The notes beneath the pieces were generated by a model, which saw only the letters and a list, made by a program, of their open reading frames with translations, did not search any database and was not told where the DNA came from. Made by a program: the position numbers and the translations under genes. From contig JBBABZ010000005.1 of NCBI GenBank assembly GCA_041657385.1, positions 1 through 51,275 of the forward strand: a stretch of DNA of 51,275 bases, in the 5' to 3' direction. Source of the stretch: Minisyncoccota bacterium. Its GTDB lineage: Bacteria; Patescibacteriota; Minisyncoccia; Minisyncoccales; JAQTVQ01. This document shows, piece by piece, positions 25,495 to 31,898 of the stretch. Each line of letters begins with the position of its first letter. Positions within the stretch are counted from its first letter, which is position 1.

Positions 25495-27474
25495 CTATAG
25501 ATCGACTTTTAGAATTTTGTTTTCATTAAGCAGATAGATCGTTTTGCCGTCCGGTGCGATGGCGAAATCCAGCAAATTGGTCCATTCGTCATTTTGCAGC
25601 TGTTTTAAAATCTCTCCGCTTTTATCCAAAATAATAATTCTTTTTTGGCTAGGCTCTAGAAGATAAAGGTTGGAGAGACTGGACGGCGCTAATATTTTCG
25701 AGATATTTTTAAGGTATGGGAAGATTTTCAAACTGATCTCGTTTTGGAACTGTCCGGCATAATAAGATCTGATGGAGCCGTCGCTGTTTAAAAGCCAAAG
25801 CAGGCCGTCTGCTGCTATAGAAACAGCATCTTTAGGGGCTTTTTCCAGCCAGACTTGAGAGCCTTCCCATTTAAAATTACCGATATAGCCGTATTTTATT
25901 ATCTCTTTCGAAAAAGTTTTATTATCCAGACTATAGCCTAAAAGATAAAGGTTGTTTTTGAATATTTCAAAGCTTTGCAACTCGGTTCCTGGATAAGGAA
26001 GAGTGATCGGTTCCAGTTTTTGAAAGTTTTCGCCTTGGAAAAGGATGGCTTCGCTCTGGCTGTTAAGGAAAAGTATTTGGTTTTTTCCAAAAATTTTTCC
26101 AAAAGTAAGATTGCTTTGAGAGGTAAAAGTTTCTCCGCTTTTGTCTTTAAGGTCGTAGGCTAAGAGCTTCCCGGACATTGAGCTGAAAAGATAAAACTTT
26201 TCATTTTGGTAAAGAATATTATTGGGAATGAGGGTTGTTTTGTCTTTAGATAATTCAAGAATTATTTCGAAAGGAACATTATTCTTAAATTTGTTGACAG
26301 CGTAAAGCTTTTCTTGAATTTTATTTTCCAGCGTTTTAGCTTCTTGCTCGGCGGCTTGGGATTTTTTAATTTCCAGCGAAATTTGATCCAATGCCTTTTG
26401 TAAAATTAAATTTGCATCCTGGTTTTTTTTCTGCCTTAAAAGAAGATCGGCCTGAGATATCATTTCCTCAACTTGTTTTATTTCTTTTAAGGCTACGTCA
26501 AGCTCTTTTTTCTTTTCGGCCTGAGACATAAAAAAACCGGTCAAAAATATTAAAATCAAAAAAATGATGCTAAGCATCTCTTTCCGATGCTTGGAATTCC
26601 AAGGTGAAATTTTTTTAAAAATTTCTTTTGAGAGCGGCGCTTTATTTTTAAGTTTGGCTATAACTGGACCTAGTCCAGACATTTTAGGCAGAAGAGGCAA
26701 AGAGAATTTTTTGAGGCGGCTGAGCCAGAGGGAAGGGGAAGGGAATTTTATTCTCAAACTTATTTTTTTAAGGCCGGAAAGAAAATTAGGAAATTTTTTA
26801 TTTTCCATTTTCTCCGGCACTATTTTTTTAAATAAGTCAGCTTGTTGGGGGCGGAGGAAAAGGCAAAAACCGGACAATGACCTTGTTTCTTTCTTGAATT
26901 TCTTTAAAGCTTTTTCAGCTTTTTTGAATTCTCTTTCCAGGATCAGCTTTTCCAGGAGTTTTTTTTCGGAGAGAAAATCAAAGACATCGGAGCTTAAGAT
27001 CATCATGCTGTCATTTATTCCTAGCTTGCCGGAAACGATATTTTTAAAGGCGGGGGTTTTTTCTTTGGCGCCGCCGCCTAATTCAGAAATTTTTCCTTTT
27101 TGATAAAAAACAGCTTTTATCCCGTTGCCGAATCGGCTGAAATTAAGTTCGTTTTCTTTTGAATTTAAAACAAAAAAGCTTATCAATGAAGACCCTTTCG
27201 AGCTTATTCCGGTCAGCAGATCGTTGGCTTGCTCTAGCACTTCTTTAAAAGCCGTTTCTGCGTCTAAATTTTCTGACTGGTAGTATTGGGCTTTAATCAA
27301 GGTGGCAAGCTCAAAAATAATTTCGCTGCCAGCTTCATCTTTGCCGTTTATCAATCCAGCCAAATATAAGCTGCCCAGTTTTTTTTCTTGGGCTGTTTCC
27401 GGTTCGAAACAGAAAGTTTCGAAGGCTAGTTCTTTTTTCGTCTTTGGGTTAAAATGAATTTCGTATGCTTCCAT
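25495..27474 (-). CDS. Hypothetical membrane protein (cytoplasmic N-domain, one TM, coiled coil, beta-rich C-domain)
   Basis: 659-aa ORF. TM helix MLSIIFLILIFLTGFFMS around residue 300, then a heptad-rich segment, then a repetitive beta-strand-like C-terminus. The N-domain faintly resembles PP2C/SpoIIE-like folds, but I cannot find catalytic Asp motifs. Confidence 0.6.
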   Translation of the reverse strand: MEAYEIHFNPKTKKELAFETFCFEPETAQEKKLGSLYLAGLINGKDEAGSEIIFELATLIKAQYYQSENLDAETAFKEVLEQANDLLTGISSKGSSLISFFVLNSKENELNFSRFGNGIKAVFYQKGKISELGGGAKEKTPAFKNIVSGKLGINDSMMILSSDVFDFLSEKKLLEKLILEREFKKAEKALKKFKKETRSLSGFCLFLRPQQADLFKKIVPEKMENKKFPNFLSGLKKISLRIKFPSPSLWLSRLKKFSLPLLPKMSGLGPVIAKLKNKAPLSKEIFKKISPWNSKHRKEMLSIIFLILIFLTGFFMSQAEKKKELDVALKEIKQVEEMISQADLLLRQKKNQDANLILQKALDQISLEIKKSQAAEQEAKTLENKIQEKLYAVNKFKNNVPFEIILELSKDKTTLIPNNILYQNEKFYLFSSMSGKLLAYDLKDKSGETFTSQSNLTFGKIFGKNQILFLNSQSEAILFQGENFQKLEPITLPYPGTELQSFEIFKNNLYLLGYSLDNKTFSKEIIKYGYIGNFKWEGSQVWLEKAPKDAVSIAADGLLWLLNSDGSIRSYYAGQFQNEISLKIFPYLKNISKILAPSSLSNLYLLEPSQKRIIILDKSGEILKQLQNDEWTNLLDFAIAPDGKTIYLLNENKILKVDL

Positions 27475-27544
27475 AGAGGCGTATTTTTCTTTTATCTTAT
27501 ATCTTTTCTTAGAAAAAGAAAAATGCTAAGCTATCCCTTATTGC

Positions 27545-27620
27545 GGGCAGTTAGCTCAGCTGGTAGAGCGTTGCATTCACATTGCAAAGGTCACAGGTCC
27601 GAGTCCTGTACTGCCCACCA
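27545..27620 (+). tRNA. tRNA-Val (CAC), CCA end encoded
   Basis: Acceptor GGGCAGT/ACTGCCC. D-arm GCTC-AGCTGGTA-GAGC. Anticodon arm TTGCA-TTCACAT-TGCAA. T-arm ACAGG-TCCGAGT-CCTGT. Then A + CCA. Confidence 0.9.
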
Positions 27621-27630
27621 ACTTGGCGTT

Positions 27631-27652
27631 CCCTGCCTGCCGGCAGGCAGGG
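27631..27652. repeat. 22-bp perfect palindrome CCCTGCCTGCCGGCAGGCAGGG
   Basis: Read directly. It shares the core CTGCCTGCCGGCAG with 1161-1174, upstream of tmk. Confidence 0.85.
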
Positions 27653-27696
27653 ATTCACATTCGAAAGATCATAGGTCCGATTCCTATAGGGCGCAC
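27653..27696 (+). pseudogene. Diverged copy of the 3' half of tRNA-Val (anticodon loop to discriminator)
   Basis: 35/44 identical to 27575-27618. Identical anticodon loop TTCACAT. The T-stem is changed compensatorily (ACAGG/CCTGT to ATAGG/CCTAT). No 5' anticodon-stem partner and no D-arm. Confidence 0.6.
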
Positions 27697-27784
27697 TAAA
27701 TTAGGTATGAATAGATGAGTAATAGCTTATGAGTTGAATAAAAAATCCGCCTTTTGGCGGATTTTTTAATTAATAGAAGGAAAA

Positions 27785-28624
27785 CTATTTTCCGCAGATT
27801 GCGGCGGGCTGGTTTCCGGTGATATCACAGATCAGTTTAGTTAATGTTTCAGTCTCTGATTTTTCTCCAGCGGATTCTCCGGATCCAATGCGGTAGTATT
27901 TGCAACCGATAATCACGGCCGGAACAGCGCCCGTGCTGTATTTGCTGAAAATATCCGTTTCTTTTCCGTTGCCCATATTCTCATGGTAGCTGATGGCTGA
28001 GCCGAATTTTTTAACTACAGCAGAGATGACCGGCTTTTCCCATACGCAATGAGGGCATGATTCAGAACCGAAGAAGTAAACGATCGGCTTGCCGTCTTCC
28101 TGGCAGACCTGCTCGTCAGTTAGCTTTTTAAAATTTCCGTCAACAATTGTTTGAGGTTTAGTATCAGCCTCCGCCTTAGGAGCTTCTTCTCCCTGGCCTT
28201 CAGGAGCTTTGGTCAGATCGATCGGGTCTTGAGGAAAGAGCATTTTACCATCGCCGGAAACATAAGCGTTCAGTTTTTGTCCTTGAAGCTCAAGGGTAAA
28301 TTTATAAAGCCCGGTAGTTTCTTCTTTGCTCAGGTCCGAAATAGAAGCCAAGGCGCCGGAACCGGCAAAATATTTGTTTACATAATCAATAGCTACTTTG
28401 GAGGCGGCTTCAGGAGTTAGTCGGACCTGTTTAGATTGCCCTTTCCATATATAGTAGCCCAAGACGCCAAGAGCTACCGCTAAGATAACAATTAAAACTA
28501 TTACAATCGTTTTTTTATTTTTCGGGTTTTTAGTTGAGACCGTTCCAGTGCTTGTTGCAGGTGCGGCTGCGGCAACCGTAGCATTTTCAGCATTGGCGTT
28601 CGAAATTTCATTAAGATTTTCCAT
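27785..28624 (-). CDS. Membrane-anchored thioredoxin-fold thiol:disulfide oxidoreductase (CPHC) with PepSY-like middle region
   Basis: N-terminal TM helix IVIVLIVILAVALGVLGYYIW. C-terminal IVYFFGSESCPHCVWEKPVI is a DsbA/thioredoxin CxxC motif. Confidence 0.7.
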   Translation of the reverse strand: MENLNEISNANAENATVAAAAPATSTGTVSTKNPKNKKTIVIVLIVILAVALGVLGYYIWKGQSKQVRLTPEAASKVAIDYVNKYFAGSGALASISDLSKEETTGLYKFTLELQGQKLNAYVSGDGKMLFPQDPIDLTKAPEGQGEEAPKAEADTKPQTIVDGNFKKLTDEQVCQEDGKPIVYFFGSESCPHCVWEKPVISAVVKKFGSAISYHENMGNGKETDIFSKYSTGAVPAVIIGCKYYRIGSGESAGEKSETETLTKLICDITGNQPAAICGK

Positions 28625-28687
28625 GTTTTTTATAATTTATTTTTATTATTTTATTATGCGACTATCTTAACATTTTAAAACCTTGAG

Positions 28688-28796
28688 TCAACCCCGTTAG
28701 AGATTCTTGATTTCGGGTATTTCGTATGGCTGTTGCTTCCTAAATAGATAACGGATTTGCTTCTACCTTGGGAGATGAAATCTCTAACGGGGTCAA
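28688..28796. mobile_element. Candidate MITE-like element (about 101 bp, 14-15-bp perfect terminal inverted repeats, possible TCAA duplication)
   Basis: ACCCCGTTAGAGATT (28691-28705) versus AATCTCTAACGGGGT (28779-28793). TCAA occurs immediately outside both CCCC/GGGG ends (28688-91 and 28793-96). GTCAACCCC is directly repeated at 28687 and 28792. Confidence 0.35.
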
Positions 28797-28921
28797 CCCC
28801 TTGAATATAGAAGCGTTATATTTTGATTAACAGCTTAGGGGGGATTTTACGATTTGAATGGGTCAAATCCAATCAAAAACCCCTTTTTAAAAGAGGTTTT
28901 TGCAAAAGAGTCAAGCTATTT

Positions 28922-29113
28922 TTACCACTTGTCGTATTCGTCGTCATCATCGCCATCTTCTTCCTCTTCTTCGTCGTCTAGCTTCTCAAATTCATCATCG
29001 TCTTTTAGGTCATCATCTTCTTCAAGATCATCATTGCTGAACTCGTCCGGATCTTCATAATTATTGATCGGATAGCCGCCCGCTGGTTCGTATTTTTTTT
29101 CTTCGAAAGACAT
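28922..29113 (-). CDS. Hyper-acidic 63-aa protein of unknown function
   Basis: MSFEEKKYEPAGGYPINNYEDPDEFSNDDLEEDDDLKDDDEFEKLDDEEEEEDGDDDDEYDKW. Driven by a near-consensus promoter (next feature). Confidence 0.55.
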   Translation of the reverse strand: MSFEEKKYEPAGGYPINNYEDPDEFSNDDLEEDDDLKDDDEFEKLDDEEEEEDGDDDDEYDKW

Positions 29114-29248
29114 TTTATTTATTTTTTATTCCGCGATAAAGCGGTTTTTTATATTCTTAATTTCCCGATTAGGGGCCGACCTTTTTCGAGGCCCATTTTT
29201 TGTTTTTTAGGGGCCAAAAGATTATTAACTTTTTTAAAACTAGCTCCC

Positions 29249-29276
29249 ATTATAATAATAAGATAAACCTTGTCAA
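29249..29276 (-). promoter_or_regulatory. Near-consensus sigma70 promoter reading toward the acidic-protein gene
   Basis: On the minus strand: TTGACA (29276-71), 16-nt spacer, TATAAT (29254-49). The predicted 5' UTR is about 130 nt and contains GGCCCCTAA twice. Confidence 0.55.
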
Positions 29277-29351
29277 GCTGTGGATTCCTTTATATTGTTG
29301 AGAGAGGATAATCATTATAAAATTAAAAATAATAATTATTAAAAAATCTAT

Positions 29352-29411
29352 AAATTCCAGCGGAATTTTGAGAAAATTTCCAGTGAAATTTCTAGCAATT
29401 CCAGCGGAATT
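29352..29411. promoter_or_regulatory. Three phased palindromic operator-like sites
   Basis: AAATTCC-AGC-GGAATTT (29352-68), AAATTTC-CAGT-GAAATTT (29374-91) and AATTCC-AGC-GGAATT (29397-411). Centres are about 22 bp apart. The array ends 18 nt before ATG 29429. Confidence 0.5.
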
Positions 29412-29428
29412 TTGGATAAATTCTTAAT

Positions 29429-29737
29429 ATGTATTTTTCTCTTTTGATAGCCGGTTTCGGCGGGGGAATGGTCAGGGGTTTCCTCGGTTTTATAAAACAC
29501 CAATATTCTTATAAAAATGTCGGCTTTAACTTGCCGTATTTTTTCGTTATGTCTTTTCTTTCCGGCATCGTAGGGGTTCTGGTTTCGGCAGCAGTTATTA
29601 ATGCAGGATTTAACATTGAAGGAATGGAATATATTCTTCCGGGGCTAGCCTTCATTATCGGCTATGCCGGAGGGGATTTTCTGGAGAGCCTATATAAGAT
29701 AATTCTGGAAAAATTTTCTTTAGGGAAAAAAGGATAG
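29429..29737 (+). CDS. Hypothetical small integral membrane protein (about 3 TM)
   Basis: 102 aa, with Gly-rich hydrophobic segments (LLIAGFGGGMVRGFLGF, FFVMSFLSGIVGVLVSAAVI, LPGLAFIIGYAGG). No obvious SD, so possibly leaderless. Confidence 0.55.
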   Translation: MYFSLLIAGFGGGMVRGFLGFIKHQYSYKNVGFNLPYFFVMSFLSGIVGVLVSAAVINAGFNIEGMEYILPGLAFIIGYAGGDFLESLYKIILEKFSLGKKG

Positions 29738-29757
29738 AAGAGAGCAGTCTAATAACG

Positions 29758-29782
29758 GAAAAAGAGCCTAAAGGCTCTTTTT
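29758..29782 (+). terminator. Intrinsic terminator
   Basis: AAAAAGAGCC-TAAA-GGCTCTTTTTT. Confidence 0.8.
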
Positions 29783-29802
29783 TAGTTTTTTGACTTGTTT
29801 TT

Positions 29803-29949
29803 TGTGGATTAACAGTGGAAAAAGTCTTGTTTTTGAGACTTTTTAGGTGTTTTTTGAGTGTTTGACAGTGGGTCTTGGGTGGGGTAAATTATATGTGTAG
29901 TAGAAAACTGTGGATAAAAGTGGGGATAACTAAGCCGATAAGTGGATAA
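29803..29949 (+). promoter_or_regulatory. Same-orientation array of TGTGGATAA-like boxes (DnaA-box 9-mers and/or MraZ-type GTGG repeats)
   Basis: TGTGGATTA at 29803. TGTGGATAA at 29909 (perfect DnaA-box complement). TGGGGATAA at 29921. AGTGGATAA at 29941. Additional GTGGA/GTGGG cores at 29815, 29868 and 29879. Confidence 0.5.
29862..29890 (+). promoter_or_regulatory. Sigma70-like promoter upstream of GIY-YIG ORF / mraZ (candidate Pmra)
   Basis: TTGACA (29862-67), then the 17-nt spacer GTGGGTCTTGGGTGGGG, then TAAATT (29885-90). Confidence 0.45.
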
Positions 29950-29972
29950 GTCGAGCGAGCGCAACGAGCGAG

Positions 29973-30222
29973 ACCCCGCCCTCTATGCTTATGTACTATG
30001 CATATATCTTAAAACATTTAGAGAATAATGAACTTTATATAGGTTATACCCAAGATTTAAGAAGAAGAGTTAAACAGCACCAAGCTAAAGGAAAAGTTGA
30101 ATTAATTTATTACGAAGCCTATCAATTAGAAAAATTAGCAAGAATCAGAGAGAAGAAATTAAAACATTACGGAAGCGCTTGGAGGGCTCTCAAGCAAAGA
30201 ATAATGGCTTAGAGGGCGGGGT
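29973..30222. repeat. Perfect 13-bp inverted repeat bracketing the GIY-YIG ORF
   Basis: ACCCCGCCCTCTA (29973-85, ending on the A of the ATG) and TAGAGGGCGGGGT (30210-22, beginning with the TAG stop). Confidence 0.9.
29985..30212 (+). CDS. Small GIY-YIG nuclease-superfamily protein
   Basis: MYYAYILKHLENNELYIGYTQDLRRRVKQHQ is the GIY...YIG...R..H core. 75 aa, with a likely start at ATG 29985 or 29991. Confidence 0.8.
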   Translation: MLMYYAYILKHLENNELYIGYTQDLRRRVKQHQAKGKVELIYYEAYQLEKLARIREKKLKHYGSAWRALKQRIMA

Positions 30223-30239
30223 GCTTCATTCCATTCAGC

Positions 30240-30671
30240 ATGTTTATAGGCGAATATTCATATACCATCGATGCCAAGAAAAGATTAACTGTCCCGCCAA
30301 AGTTCCGGAAGATTTTGGGTGAAAAAGCGATCATCACCAGGGGCTTAGACAATTGTTTATTTTTATATACTCAAAAAGATTGGGAAGAGCAGGCGGAAAA
30401 ATTGAGCAAATTACCGTTATCCCAGGCTGATGCCAGAGGTTTTGCCAGAATAATGCTGGCCGGAGCGATGGAAACAGATATAGATTCTTTGGGCAGGATA
30501 TTGATACCGGATTATTTAAAGGATTACGCTAAGTTGGGCAAAAAAATAGTGGTTGCCGGATTATATAACCGGGTAGAAATTTGGGACGGAGAAATTTGGG
30601 ACGAATATAAGCAAAAAACAGAAAGCGCCGCAGGAGATATAGCTGAAAGATTAAAAGAGCTGGGAATATAA
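30240..30671 (+). CDS. mraZ: Transcriptional regulator MraZ
   Basis: MFIGEYSYTIDAKKRLTVPPKFRKILG ... second SpoVT/AbrB-like half with DSLGRILIPDYL. Confidence 0.9.
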   Translation: MFIGEYSYTIDAKKRLTVPPKFRKILGEKAIITRGLDNCLFLYTQKDWEEQAEKLSKLPLSQADARGFARIMLAGAMETDIDSLGRILIPDYLKDYAKLGKKIVVAGLYNRVEIWDGEIWDEYKQKTESAAGDIAERLKELGI

Positions 30672-30675
30672 ATAA

Positions 30676-31554
30676 ATGCATATCCCTGTCCTTGAAAAAG
30701 AAATATTGGAGGCCTTAGATCCCCAGCCGAATGAAAATTTTATTGATGCAACTATCGGGCAAGCGGGACACAGTTTGAAAATATTGGAAAAAAATGGTCC
30801 GAACGGAAAATTGTTGGGAATAGACCAGACACCGGAGCAAATAGAAATAACCCGGGAAAAAACGAAAAATTTTGAAAATAGAATTATCCTGGAATGCGGA
30901 AACTTTTCAAATTTAAAAGAGATCGCGGAGAAAAATAATTTCGGGCCGGCGAATGGGATATTATTCGATCTTGGGTTCTCAAGCTGGCATGTTGACGAAA
31001 GCGGCAAAGGGTTCACTTTTCAGAAAGACGAACCGCTATTAATGAACTACGGACAGGAAGGGCTGACAGCGGAGCAGATAGTCAATCAATGGTCCGAAGA
31101 AGATTTGGAAATGGTATTAAGCCAGTATGGGCAGGAAAGATTCAGCCGCCAAATAGCCCGCCAAATAGTCGAGAAAAGAAGAATAAAAGCCATTACCACT
31201 ACATTCCAATTGATCGAAGCAATACAGAAGGCCATGCCGCGAAGATACCAGAATGGCAAGATCCATTTTGCTACCAGAACCTTTCAAGGACTGCGAATCG
31301 CCACAAACCAAGAGCTGGAAATCCTTAAAAAAGCTTTGCCGCAGGCAATAGAAATGCTGGCTCCAGGAGGAAGATTGGCAATTATATCTTTCCACTCTTT
31401 GGAAGATAGAATCGTGAAGATATTTTTGAAAGAAGAAGCTTTGAAAACCAAAATAAAAATTTTAACTAAAAAACCGATCGTGCCTGGCTTGGCGGAGATC
31501 AGGGAAAATCCCAGGTCAAGGTCAGCGAAATTAAGGGCGGCGCGAAAGATTTAA
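30676..31554 (+). CDS. rsmH: 16S rRNA (cytosine1402-N4)-methyltransferase
   Basis: HIPVLEKEILEAL...FIDATIGQAGHS...ILFDLGFSS...SFHSLEDRIVK...NPRSRSAKLR. Confidence 0.9.
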   Translation: MHIPVLEKEILEALDPQPNENFIDATIGQAGHSLKILEKNGPNGKLLGIDQTPEQIEITREKTKNFENRIILECGNFSNLKEIAEKNNFGPANGILFDLGFSSWHVDESGKGFTFQKDEPLLMNYGQEGLTAEQIVNQWSEEDLEMVLSQYGQERFSRQIARQIVEKRRIKAITTTFQLIEAIQKAMPRRYQNGKIHFATRTFQGLRIATNQELEILKKALPQAIEMLAPGGRLAIISFHSLEDRIVKIFLKEEALKTKIKILTKKPIVPGLAEIRENPRSRSAKLRAARKI

Positions 31555-31570
31555 AATAATTAACAAAAAA

Positions 31571-31870
31571 ATGTTCAGAATAAAAAAGAGCCAATCAAAA
31601 ATTTTTTTAACATTGTCTTTCGCGTTTTTAGCATGTTTGGTATTTTTTTATGTTTTTCAAGTAAGCCAAATGGCTCAAGCCAGTTATGAGATCGGCCAAA
31701 ACCAGAGCCAATTGGAAAAGAGTAAAAAAGAAGTGGCCAGATTGGAAGCTTCCTTGCTGCAAAACAGCACTCTGGACAAGTATGAACAAAAACTCAATGA
31801 GTTGGGCTATCAAAAGATCGACAGGATCGATTATGTGGTAGTTTCCAGCGCTATCGTGGCTCAAAAATAA
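31571..31870 (+). CDS. FtsL-like small bitopic cell-division protein
   Basis: 99 aa, with one TM (IFLTLSFAFLACLVFFYVF) followed by a coiled-coil segment. It sits in the ftsL position between rsmH and the PBP gene. Confidence 0.6.
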   Translation: MFRIKKSQSKIFLTLSFAFLACLVFFYVFQVSQMAQASYEIGQNQSQLEKSKKEVARLEASLLQNSTLDKYEQKLNELGYQKIDRIDYVVVSSAIVAQK

Positions 31871-31898
31871 ATTAGCAAATTCACCCTAGAGAATCAGC

